Below are positions 37,715 to 49,990 of a stretch of DNA of 64,000 nt, in pieces. This DNA comes from Marsupella aquatica (lineage: Eukaryota; Plantae; Marchantiophyta): assembly GCA_973895155.1 (NCBI GenBank), contig OZ316898.1:8543079-8607078 (forward strand), read 5' to 3'. The notes under the pieces are model-generated. The model made no database searches and was not told the DNA's origin. It saw only the letters and a program-made list of their open reading frames with translations. The translations under genes and the position numbers were made by a program. Within the stretch, counting starts at the first letter, position 1, and each line of letters opens with the position of its first letter.

Positions 37715-40700
37715 TGTGGTGCGTCCCATGGCTCCCTAAACCCAAGAAACCCCCCAGCTCAAGCCGATTCCCGCAGGTTTCGTGCTTGGCGAGGCCGTTT
37801 CCGCGGCTTAGCGGCATGGGACGCTGCTAACCTTCTACTACTACTATTAACATTTTACACACATATACTGGACAGATCCTTCATCGGGTCATGAGATACG
37901 TAGCCGGCCTAATATAGGCCTTCCCCTGTCTTCCCCTGTCTTCTTGTTAGGTATGTTTGGATTCCGCCGCCGGAATGATCCCCAATAGGCTTGGTTAAGC
38001 CACTAAGACCTCTCTCAGCTCGACACATCCAACTCTCACTCCCCTGCTTACCTTCCTTCCTTCTGTTGATGTGGGCACTCTTCACACAAGTTAATGCGAC
38101 ACACAAATAGCAAAATGACTCATTCTGACTGAGTCATACCATGCACTTGCCATACAAACAGTACATCTCATACACAAGTTCTGCGAACTAAGCCGTGAGG
38201 CCAACTCTATTCAGCTCTTAGGCATGAGGAAACATGAATATACACAAGGGTCACTGTATGACTAACCGAGAGCTTCTCGTACTACTTGATCCCAGCCCGG
38301 CTGGTGCAAACTAAAAACTTGCTAAAGAAGAGGCCCTGAGCTCCCCGCTGCCCAGGTACTTATCCTGGTAGTGGATCCGCCATTCTTTGCATCGTAAGCC
38401 TAATCTACCTGACAGTAATCTACTTGCCCGAATCTACCTATGTACAGCAAGGCAGGAGCACAAGTGTTGCTCCTACCAGTGGGACCGCAATCCCACTAAG
38501 CTAAGTGTCAGGGCCGCTCCTGGTTCTGATCCTAATCCTAAACGTGGAGATCCGCGCCCGCCCTGCCCACTCACGCCTCCTCCCTCCACGTCCGCCCTCC
38601 CTAAAAGGAACGGCGCCCTTGCACCGTCACGACACCAGTGGTGGATCCTCAATGGACGCCCCCAACACTTCCTCCTCAGCCACTGCCGTTGGCCCGCCTA
38701 CTGACAGATTACCTGCCCTTGACCGAGTCAACTCTCCATCGGCCTGACTGGGTCCACCTTCGGCTTCAGCCTCGACACCGGCCTCGGCAATACCCACGGC
38801 TTCGGCCTCAGCCACTCCCACGGCTTCGGCTTCAGCCACTCCCTCGGCTTCGGCCTCCCCTTCCCCTAGGGTAGTTGGATCCTTAGCCGTGACCCTGTCT
38901 GGGGTCGGTGCTGGGTCTACCTCCTTGATCACCACGGCCTGTGAAGTCGTATTACTCCTTGACCCTGAAGGTTTCCGCTTCTTCTTCGTTGGTGGCTCGG
39001 CAGCTGGTCCCTTCCCCTTCCCACTTACTTCCGGCACTGGTGCAGTTGACGCGGCTTGTCCTTCGGCAATTACCACCCCTGGTAACTGGTTTGTCCCAAC
39101 GGGAGATGGACCTGCTGCAGCTAAGCATTTAAATACTGCGGCTTGTTTCTTCAGCCGCTCTGTTTGGTTGTCGGCCCGCCGCTGTAGGTTCTCCATCTTC
39201 CTCGTGATTTCCTCCAACTCCTCTTGGGTTTCATCCAGGTCCTTACATGCCCCCTCCAGCTCGTTTTTGGCCTCCTCCTGCTCCCTGTGGGCTTCCTCCA
39301 ATTCCTTCTTCAAGGTAGCCCTCTCCTCCTGGGTTGCTCTTAGCTCCTTGTCGAGCTCTGCAATGATGACAGACTCCATCTGGTTCATCTTGGCGTAAGT
39401 CTGTTCGAGCATCTCGTCCTTCTCCCTTAGGTCGGCCTTGAAGCTGGCCGTCAGGGACGCAAGCTCCTGCTGCAGCGCCATAATCCCTTGATAGGATTTC
39501 CCTAACTCGACCTCCTTCTGCTCAAGGGCTCCGCGGATTTTCTCGAGCTCCCCTTTCAACGCCCATTCCTTTCTTTGGGTCTCCGCCATGGCCCGGCTGT
39601 TGGCTGTTATGTGGGCCTCCTCTGTATTCTTCAGCTCTTGCTTCCACTTCTCCCTCTCTTTGATCGTGTCGGCCAACTCTTCCTGCGTCTGAGTCAGTTT
39701 ATCCTTGATATTCTGATTATCAGCCTGCGCGGTGTCCAACTGCCCCTGCATGATGTTCAGCTCATGTCGTTTAATCCGCAGTTCATCTTGGGCTTTCTTG
39801 GCCGCCCTTAGATCTTCAATCTCGGCTTCCATCCTCCTAAGCCGCCGAATGACCTCGTCCTTCTTGCTTCTCTCTAAAGCCACCGCTTCTTCTAATTGGT
39901 GCTTCTCCAACTGCTCCCTATGGAAAAAGGGTCCTATCTCCAACTCCTCTCCAAAGATGCCGAGCGCAAGTTCCCCACACATCTCACCATACTCCATGGC
40001 TCTATTCTTAGCGTAGGTGGAGTAAGTAGAAGTGATCGGCATCGCCCATCGTGGCCTCTGCTCCCAAGCCGTCCTGCGGATCTCTTCAATCGTGGCTAGA
40101 GGTTTGCTTCCTTTTTCGGCTAGCCGCCTGATGTCCTCCGGCCAATCTCCTCCTGGTAAATCCTTTTCCTTAGCCAGGGCGGCCTCTTCCTCCTGCTTGA
40201 TTCGCTCCTGAAATTCCTGCACCGTCTGTTTTATGCCGTTGAAGCTCGGGGGAGCAACATCTGGTGGGGGAGACTCAGGGCTACTCTGCTGGTTGGGGTC
40301 CCCTTGCACTACCCTTGGAAGTGTGGGGACAAACCGGCCACAGGTCCTTACTCCTGGAACGTGATGGTCCGACCCATAGCCGGAATTATCATGGCTGCAG
40401 TCCTCCACTGCCTCCTCTACCTCTTGGACGTCCGGCTTCTCCCTCTCCTCTTCGTCGGTAGGAGCTTCAGGCAATTCTGCCTCAGATTCGAAGCTTGAGG
40501 TTCCCACGTACATTCGAACACCTGGCTTGGATTCCGGCCTGATTCTCTCCTTGTCTCCAGCAAAGGGGTTTTCTCTTGTGAGCCGGTGTAGGCCTACCTC
40601 TGTAGTAGTGTCCTGCATTGTTGCCGTTGCCGTTGTTGTTGCCGATGCCGATTTCTTTTCTTTCTCCAGTAGTTTCAGCAGACTCTGCATGCCTGGTTGC

Positions 40701-42365
40701 TGCATCGGCAAGTCTTCCTTCTTGGGCCTAAACACCTGCTCGATCGTAGGACTAACAGGTGGTTGAGGCTTCTCAGCCAACGGCCTCGGCGTTGGAGCTT
40801 CCTCGGGTGCCCTTACCTGCAAGGGAAGTACCGGGGCAAAAGTCTAACCTCTGGCATACCGGCACAACAGCAGCATGTGATAGCCAAGCCGCGACACGCT
40901 CCCCATGCCGATTACCTGCTGCTCCTCCTTTAAGGTCTTCTTCAATTGGTTGAGGAGGTACCCGTTGTAGTCCCGGCTTGGGTCTGGCCTTTCTGCCAGA
41001 TAGACCTGTGCCTTGCCGATCTCTGCCCTCGACAAGTTACAATGCATGGTCACCCGCAAGAAGTCGATCATCTCTCCTATGTGCGGGTTGGTGCAGGTGT
41101 TCCGGAAGAAGCCATTCTTCGTTGATGGCCCGGGGAACGACCGGAACTCCTTGTCAGGCAAGGTCTTCCTGGTATCAACTTTGGTCTTATTGCCTATCGG
41201 CAAGCCAAACACTTCGGCTGTTACCTTGGGAGTAAGATAGAAATCCTTCCCATATATCCTCGTGCAATTGGTCTCGGGTTCCCATGACCCCACGAATTCT
41301 AATAGGTCTGACTCCGGTACCTCCGGCTTCAGCCATGGTAATCTTACAAAGGCCTCCAAGCCAGATCCGGCCATGAAGCCTTGGTACTTCTTGGTCTGCA
41401 TGGCCGTAAAGCATGCATCCTCCTCCCGTGCAAAATGTAGTTGCACCTCCACCGGTAGGGTTGCCGCCCAGCCCTTCCAGGTGTCATCCCTGGTTGGAAT
41501 GGCCTTGATGGGATCGACCTCCTCCTCTTCGGCTTCTCCCTGCCTCCTGCTCTGCTGCTCGGCTGGCCTCTTTGGTGCCGCCGACCTCGTTCTTTTTGCC
41601 GGGGTGGCTTCATCGTTGACGGCTCCCTTCCTCTTCATCTCTGCTGTCGTGGAGGTTTCTCCTAGCACCGTTGCCTGGGTCCACCTTTCCGTGCTACCCT
41701 TTAATTCCCAGTGTATGTCGTTGCAGTTCTTGATGGCCTCTCGGATGCCGACGACGCTGTCTTTGCAAAACAGAAGATCGTCGAGTTGATTGGAAGTAGG
41801 CGTCCACAGGAACTCGTCCTTGATGAGTTCGCCTCCTAAGAAAGCCGTCTTCTGCAGCTCCCACAATCGAGCGAGCTCCTGCCGTTCTCGAGCTGCCCTT
41901 TCTGACTCCTCGTCCTCGTAAGTCTTGATGTACTCAGTTGCCCGTTCGAACAGGCATCCCCAGAAATGTGCCGCTTGATTGACGTTGCTCATACCCTCCT
42001 TAGGTCGATCGTCGGTATCTACTCTCTCCCCGAGTGCTTGCCTAAGCAGCTGACAGTAGTTGGCCTCCCGTAGTCGTCTGCCTAGTTCGTGCTCGCAAAT
42101 GAGCCACCATCTCCTGCAAGCGCTCCTTACCCCTCTCCTCTGCCGGTCCTTCTTCCCGTTGATCCTTCCTAGCCGCCGACGCTTAACGCGCCCTAACCCT
42201 AATCGGGTTTTCACCCTCAGCCTTACCTCCGGCCTCGGCCCGGGTTCCATGGTTGCCCCTAATTGTTTATATTTTCCTTGTTTTGTCACTATACTAAGGT
42301 GTTCCTAGGGTGCCTTCCTGCTTTACCCACTTAACCGGCCGAGTGATTCCTGTCTAGGCATCACA
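37715..42365. mobile_element. Nested 4651-bp insertion with TG...CA ends and 5-bp TSD (giant solo-LTR-like)
   Basis: ATTAT|TGTGGTGC ... GCATCACA|ATTAT. Removing it restores the host frame (..NATIIVESNEKSQWMRLLV..). GC content is visibly higher than the flanks. Confidence 0.88.
38627..42289 (-). pseudogene. ~1200-codon ORF inside the nested insert (plant-transposon/PMD-like segment + long coiled coil), split by one in-frame TAG
   Basis: The 481-aa and 731-aa ORFs are in the same frame, separated by TAG (40846-40844) and 7 sense codons. LLEFVGSW..RIYGKDFYLTPKVTAEVFGLP resembles retrotransposon accessory ORFs. The C-terminal half has E/K/L heptads. Confidence 0.65.
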
Positions 42366-45300
42366 ATTATTGTTGAGTCCAATGAGAAATCTCAGTGGAT
42401 GAGACTTCTAGTGCCAATAAAACTCTACTCGACTTTACTGAATGTTGAGTGGATGGCTCGATTGGAGATAAGCGTAGCTGATATGGGATTCTTCCTAGAT
42501 GGAGTAACAATTGATCAGATGTTTGAGAAGACGCGTTCTCAAATAAGTGGAGTTGACCTAGTGTTTGGATTTCTCTACGTAAAGAAGCACATGCATGACA
42601 ATGCGGACAGTGTGGACCCTCCATCTACTTGGATAGTTCAAAGGATGATTGATAAGGCATATTTTTCATACGAGCAAGCAATCGACAAGAGTTTCATTTT
42701 TTGTCCAGAGTTTCAAGAGGCCGCGTGCCGGACGTGGATTTCAGAGATGAAGAAAAAAGAAGCAAAGCATAAGGCAAAGGAGAGAAAGAAGACAGTGGAA
42801 AGAAGTGCGCAATCAAAGACAGAGAAGAAACGAAAGCTTCAAGAGCCGGTTGTTCAACAAGAGAAACAATCTGGGAGTTCACGCCGTAAGAAGATGGCTA
42901 AAAAAAATGAAGATGATGAGGGCCCCCAAAAAATGCAAACAAAGAAGGCAAAGGTTGCGAAATCAAAACCAATGTCAGGGTCGACTTCAAACTTTGTCTT
43001 GCATCCAGAGGATGATATGTGTCCGACAGAAGGACCCAAAGAAGATGATGTGCTCAAAGGCCAAGAGGTTTTGCGTAACATTGAGCAGTATTATACTTTT
43101 GGCATCCGCAAAGTTTTTGATATTCCTGTAAAAAGTATTAATCCGCCATCGGCCGTTTTTGTATATCGAATGTTCAATCTTTCGTATGCAATGGAGATAT
43201 CAAAGTCTATGATGAAAAACCTGGACAGGAACCACAAGTTGCTGATTTGATTCTGTATCGCGAGAGCACTAAACAGTTGCTTCATTATGACAACACACCT
43301 CAGGATAGGAAAGAGTTTTTGATTGGTGTGAAGAAGCATGAGATCCAATTCCTTGCCATCAGTGGCCAGCATTCTGCAAGAGCTGCCCAATGGATCCAAG
43401 GGTGGGCCGAGACTGACGCCAAGCTGACAAATCTTGCCAACAAACTAAAGTATAGGAAAGCAAGGATCCTATCTGACCTCACTCCGAAGACAATTTTGGT
43501 TGAGCATTCAAGTTTATCGAATGCTGTCAATGATACTATGCAATTTAAGTCTTGTTTTTTAGAGACTATTGTTCATGCACGAAGGCAGTTTGAGGAGTGC
43601 GGGAAACCGCCGCGTCCAGGGATTGGGACCAATCAAAATACAGACAGGAAAAACTATCAGGTACATGTTGGAGCAACGCAAACTATTCTTGATCCGCTTT
43701 GTTTAAAGATTGTCAATGGTAGAGGTTTGCCTCGCCCCAAGGGCGAGGCTGCCTTTTCTTGTTTTCCTTGGTTAGAAGATTAAAGCAAATGTTTGCCTCG
43801 CCCTCAGGGTGAGGCAACCTAGACTAGTCTCTCTAAGAATAATTCCCTAGTTCCGTTTCAGTCAATTGCGGTTAGATGTAGAGGTTCGCCACGCCCTTGG
43901 GGCGAGGCGGCTTAGCCTGTTTCAAACATAGGTATAAATTTTCTAACATATGCATTGTACCCTGAAACTAATGTCAAGTCCATTGGATATGCAGGATTGG
44001 TTTGCCCTGGCAAAGGTTACAATGGGGAAGTCAAGCCTAAAGAGCATTTATTGGTTACTTTTTGCCGAAGATGAGCTCTTTGAATTATGGCGGAACGTGT
44101 GTGCAAAATGGTTGAGTGGGAAGCTCCAAGACGGGGCTGGTGGGTATGGAGGGCCAAGACCCCCAAAATTGATCACTCCCGGTACCTTTCGATGCTTTGA
44201 AGGAGAGATTAGTAGCAAACAGATAATTGAGATCTTGAAGGACGTTGAAGAGGAGCGTGTCTTGCTGAAGAAGGATATCACCAACAAATCAGAGCTTGTC
44301 GCAATGGGAGACTTGGCCCTTACAATCAAGATAATGTCCAAATTGAGAATAGTCATTATTGGCTATTTCGTGGAAAAGTATCGTGAGAAGTTTCCTGTTG
44401 GCACATCTTGGGAGTCTCTGGTGATATTGTTGCCTTCCTTGAAATCTGAGCTTGAGATGACAAAATTGAGGAGAGCAGCGGGTGAGGTTTACCTCAACAA
44501 TTCATTGAAGAAGAATGTGATCAAGGAGAGTTTCCCACAAAGTCTGATGGTCAGACTAGATGGGTTGTATTGTAAAGAATTTGGTGGGATTGGTCGTTCT
44601 CGCATGGAGCCTTTCTTGACATTTTTTAGTGAGAATTTGATGAAGACGACCGTGCCGGAAATGCTACAAGAGCCTTCACCTTTGTGTCCTCTTGCCATTG
44701 TTGACTTCAGTAGGCTCCGACAACATGTTTGGACCGATGCTGAAATTATTGCATTACTGCAATACATTGTGGATCTTCCAAGAAATCCAACAATTGTTGT
44801 TGTCATGACTGTGCATCTGGGGCCACTTGCTGCAAACATTTTGAGTGCCCTTAGGAAATTGCAACATGAAAAGGGAATGGACATCCACGTCGACTACGGG
44901 AGCTATCGACGGAGTGATACACCAGTTCCAGAGGGCTTACTTTTCAGTTGTGGTATGGAGGAGATAATCTTTGCAGGAATCACCACTGAGGAGAAATTTG
45001 ATTGGAAGCAAGTGTTCAGGCCTGGATTTAATTGCCAATTTTCTTACAATTCGGCGATCGACCCTGATTTCCAAGTGGAAGACAAGACGGAGAAGCGAGA
45101 TAAGAATAAGAGTAAGACAAGTAAGGAGACAGAGACTGAGTCAACTTTGGCATTTCACATTGGAGATTTCTTACGAAAGGCTCCCATGTTTGAGATGGTG
45201 GGAAGTAGAGGTGGCTTTGTGAATATTCACGCTAAGCCAAAATGTATGCTGCAGAGTATTATTGAATTTTTTTCGGCTGAAGGGGAGACTATACTTGACT

Positions 45301-48300
45301 TTTTCTCGGGAGGACAGGTTATGAAGGTGTCATTGTTGTGTTTCAGAGAAAGCTTTGCGTATTCAGACACTGAGGATGAATATGATTTCACTCAGGCATA
45401 TGGAAGGGTTCTCTACGAGAAAGTTCCTTCCATAATGAGTGACCGGATGGGCGGTTCCAAATTTGGTAGAGCCCGCGATGGGGTTTCCGAGCATGTTGGT
45501 GCCAAAGAAGGCGTAGACCAGGGCGAAGATGATATTGAGGAAGGAGAATTGGGTCACGACACAGACGACAGGGTCACCCGAAATTTGGATGAACGTGGAA
45601 CACAAGTGGTAGGTATTCCCTAATTTGGTGTGGGGTTGGCTGATGTTGTGGGTCGACCTGAGGGCGACCCACCAAGAAATCCCTTTGCCGGTGTAGAGAA
45701 TTGGATGCACCAATCGGACCCAGATCTTACATCGTCCACATCGGACGCACATTGGAAGGCAACCGCAGATGGTCTAGGCAATATTGACGCAGTAGAATTG
45801 GGAGAAATGTCAGACATTGCGCTTGCAAAGGAGGATGATCGTCAAGTACCTGAGACCGCTGCAAATGAAGAAGAGAAGGCAGGTGCTTCAAATCCTCCCC
45901 TGTCTCCTCTATATTGCTCATCAGAGACTAAATTGGTTTTTACAAGTGCTTCTACAGGAAGCCCCATAGTATTATCATTTTCACAAAATTCTGGATCCGA
46001 GATCGGCAGGACTGGATATATGAAAATAGTCCGTCCTGCAACTCATTTTATATGGAGAAATGGACCAAAGGTTGGAATGATAGAATCACTAGACGATGCT
46101 CCAAAGATAATGGCAAAATCAGATTACAAAAAACTGAACTTGAGACTGAGCCCAATTTTTGCACCCCCATCCTTTGAAGAGCAACTTCCCAGTGATATCA
46201 ATTCCGAGATACAGAGTGTTCTAGGTGATCAAACAATAGATGAATTTGGGCCCTTTCTTTGGTTCTTGGTATTTTAATGACAATCTAAGCTTTATCTTTG
46301 TAATAATATACTTTTTTACAAACCAAAGTTCCGTCGTAGAATCTCCTTCCTCAAAGGATTTTGTTGGCATTCCCTCGGAAAGCGTTGCTGTGGAGGAAGG
46401 GTTTGACCCAGGTATACTTTGGATCTAAAAAATGGCAATTGAATGTAATTAATGTTTTTCTACGAGGGTCGCCCCAGGGTCGTTCCTCTCTACTTCAAAT
46501 GCTATAACAAAGTTTGTTTGATTTCAAATTTTGAGAGTTTTCCTCCATAGTAATTGTTTAAACTTTGAGTCGCATTGACTAAGGGCTTATGTTAATGTTT
46601 CCAGAATTCACTCCAATACTACACTCTCCGATCCGGCGAAAGCTCTTGGTTCTTGACCTTAACAAGATTTGTTGGGATTGCATTAAGACCAGAAGCTCAG
46701 GACCATGGCGAAATCAGACAAGTTTACGTGGTGTGCACTGGGGGAGACGTGGAGGGTTTAATTTCATGTATGTGGAGCGCCCATACCTCCACCAATTTCT
46801 ATATGCAGCTTTCATGGTTTTTGACGTCGCAATTTGGACCTGTGCAAGGAGGCCAAAAACAATGGACTTAATGGAGTTGATTTTCACTGAGGAGGAGCGA
46901 CAGAAGTTCAAGTTTGTCTTTACTCAAGAAGATACCTTTGATAGTTGCATCCAAAGGCCAGATATAACAGATGGGAAGGCCAATTTACTTCTGAAGAATT
47001 TGCAAACCATTTAGGACCGTTTTCCAGAAAAATATGATGCTTCTAATACAGTTCTTATTGATGATTCTCCATTGAAGGCATTTTTGAATTATGACGTGAA
47101 TGGATTGTTTCCAAATCCATTTACTCACACAGCTTCAAATGACACTTTTTTGCCCGAGATATTATGGCCGTATCTTTGCAAATTGAGAAAGGCTTACTGC
47201 GTTCAACATTATATCACTGTCAACAATCCAAAGTGGTCTGTTTTCAATTTATTAACAAGCAAGGAGGATCATGCTGCCATCTATGCTCTTTTGGAATAGA
47301 AATGGGGAGATTGTCGTTGTATCCATAGGGAGTTTGGAACCATCTTGGATGTGACTCCTGAAGAGATTCCTTGGGACGGAAAGAACGAGGTGCAGCATTA
47401 CCCACCACTGGAGACGTGGACCACGGATGAGATCGAAGAAACTGCAAACGCAATACTTGGAGACAACTATTCTGGTCCTCATACACAAAATAGAAGGCAT
47501 TTTATTTGGAAAGTTCTCAGAACTAGGGATCTCACCAATAAGTTTAAGAACCACCATGCGAGAGATACTTGCAACCGTGACATCCGTTATGATAAATCAG
47601 GAAGCAGACTTTCTTGTTCAAATGAGTTTTATCTTGATCATTAGGAGATAGGGTTGCTCTAGTGCCTACCCTGAATTGTACATTCATATTATGTCTTGAA
47701 AGGATATGTTTTGAACATGTAGGATAAAGTAAATAATTAGGATATATGCTTAGTGTGAGGCTCTCACTGGACTGGACAATTTAATAATTATATAGTGGGT
47801 CAATCTCATTTTGACCCTTGATTTATGACCATCTATATTTTTTAATTTATAGATGGTCTGAGTGGTATTGGCCTCTGATTTTTGGACTAAATTAAATTTA
47901 CTCTAATTTTTAAATTAATTAGAATATATGATTTAAGTTATTATTAAACATTTGGGTGAAAAAAAAACAAAATTTTGGGCGTTCAAAAGTGTATATTTGG
48001 GCTGAAAAAAATTAGCTTTTGGGAATGCTTTAATAGAAATTTGGCCTGAAAAAAAATAACTTTAGGGTTCATCTTATGGACTTTTAAAAGTACGGTTTTA
48101 ATGAATATAGTGATAATGAGAGCTCTTTTTATAGGTGTACTTGTGGGTTAAGTAACCTTGCAAGCATCAAAATAGACTCACCAACAATAACTTATCTCAA
48201 AATCACTAAGCACACAATCCCATCAAATTGTATTTATTGATAGGTGTATGCTCTTTTAAGTATGGTAAAGAATGCATTTATTGTTAAGCATAGACGACAA

Positions 48301-48528
48301 TCGCAATGACAAGCCCATGAACCATCTAATGCACAAGTAATCGACACATAGAGATATGTAGTTCACCTCAGCTTGAGGCTACGTCCATGAGAACACATGA
48401 GTGCTTTACTGCACTCTAGGCCCGTCGGCAGCCATACTAAGTCTCTGCAATACAAGATCTTTCTATCTCTCAACTATATCCATAAGAATTAGCCTGAGTT
48501 CCTTTTACCAAGCAAACACCACTTGAGA

Positions 48529-48747
48529 TAGAGTGTGTAGCCTAGTTAACCTAACCTAGTCTACTACCAAGATAAGCCATAACTATGGCTACAATGATGG
48601 GTCCCATTGCAAGTTACAAGACTAATTGTAGACTGTAACCATAAGATTGTAACCGTAGTTAGAGTGTCTAGCCTAGTAACCTAACCTAGTCTTAGGGCAG
48701 AATGCCTAACACTTACATAGATGGGTCCCATTGCAAGTTACAAGACT
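48529..48747. repeat. Imperfect ~125-bp direct duplication
   Basis: tagagtgt..agcctag..aacctaacctagtct ... atgggtcccattgcaagttacaagact occurs twice. Confidence 0.75.
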
Positions 48748-49644
48748 TTTCATTGTACAAATTATTCTCTTATTGATAAGTGCACAATTCTATGGCAGTG
48801 CACCAGTGTTTCCTTTCTGTGCAAACCTTTGCACATTTTGTACCCCGTGAAGTTGGTTGCAAATCCCACAGACACTCTTCAAAATAGTTTGAGATTATTT
48901 GCCAAAATCAACAGTCCAGATCTAACTAACTGTAAATAGAACTAATGGTCATAATATGACCGGGCATACAGTTTCTTTGCTACTTGGAGGCTTATGAGCT
49001 CGCCATATATAAGTCCCCCTGCCCAAAATCAAAATCAAACCCTGGTCTTCACTTGTCACATGGTGCAAACCCCCATTTAGTGCACACTCAAGTCTTCTTT
49101 CCAGGAGTGTGCACATAGTTAGGGTGGCTTTCCAAGATGTTGATAGCCCTTCCAGACTTTTTTGGGGTCTCCATGATGTGATGAGGGCCATCTATTGGGG
49201 ATAAATTGCTCATTTTCACTTTACCAAAAGTTGGAGACACTTTGCTTATGTGGAGCATTTTTTTTTGTCCCAGATTTTAAACCACCTCTCTTGAAGGTCT
49301 CTTCATTTGATCACTTGGTCCTATATTGAGTCTTTTACACTAAAAACAGACCCACATGCCCCTCATCAGATCTTCTCTTGTTAGAAAAAAAAGTGCCTGA
49401 ACCCTGTGACTTCTAGGTGGAGTGGGCTCCCCAACTTCTAGTCTAGCAAATAATTCCAGTACCATTTGCTCCAGTCCATTTACAAGACACTGGGGTCATA
49501 AAATGATTTGAAACTCTCCTTTTGCACGGACACACTATTAAATGACCCAGATATATTAGTTGTGGTAAAAAATCACTCGAACTGCCCCCAAGGTACTTTA
49601 ATGAGCCACTAGCCATGACAAAAACATGGTTCCACAAGTTAAAT

Positions 49645-49990
49645 CATTTTTAGTAATTTTTCCTGAAATTGAGGAGCAAAGCCTCACAATAGAGGAGAGG
49701 AATGGGAAAAAAAGGAGAAGTCTCCACAAATTTCACTATTTTTAGTAATTTTTCCTGAAATTGAGGAGCAAAACCTCACAATAGAGGAGAGGAATGGGAA
49801 AAAAAAGGAGAAGTCTCCACAAATTTCATTATTTTTAGTATTTTTTCCTGAAATTGAGGAGAAAAACCTCACAATAGAGGAGAGAAATGGAAAAAAAAAA
49901 GAAAAAATCTCCACAAATTTCAATTTTTTTTTGAATTTTTTCCTGAAATTGAGGAGCAAAGCCTCACAATAGAGGAGAGGAATGGGTCCA
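49645..49990. repeat. Tandem repeat, 4 copies of ~92 bp, upstream of MetRS
   Basis: tttttcctgaaattgaggagcaaagcctcacaatagaggagaggaatggg repeated at ~49657, 49748, 49841 and 49936. Confidence 0.88.

Larger units (their letters stand above)
36430..47644 (+). pseudogene. Transposon cargo gene: ParB/Srx-like + N4C/N6A DNA-MTase-fold + FCP1/NIF HAD phosphatase; disabled
   Basis: Inferred exons ~36430-36631 (GC donor, tentative), 37477-37714 joined to 42371-43660, 43996-46224, 46340-46411 and 46606-47644; phases are consistent. Motifs FLAISGQHS, KPKCMLQSIIEFFSAEGETILDFFSGG, KLLVLDLN..ERPYLHQFL..VAIWT..NTVLIDDSP. Lesions: nested insertion, frameshift near 43225, in-frame stops at 45621, 47012 and 47297. 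Confidence 0.7.
31385..48112. mobile_element. 16.7-kb CACTA-terminated (CMC/EnSpm-like) DNA transposon with transposase and large cargo gene
   Basis: Perfect 18-bp TIR CACTATATTCATTAAAAC at both ends; flanks AT|...|AT (2-bp TSD); TTTGGG..AAAA-rich subtermini; encloses a DDE transposase. Confidence 0.88.

Noticed and set aside
40817-40848. Tiny intron joining the 481-aa and 731-aa ORFs
   Set aside because: Only ~32 nt and the wrong phase; the ORFs are already in frame across a single TAG
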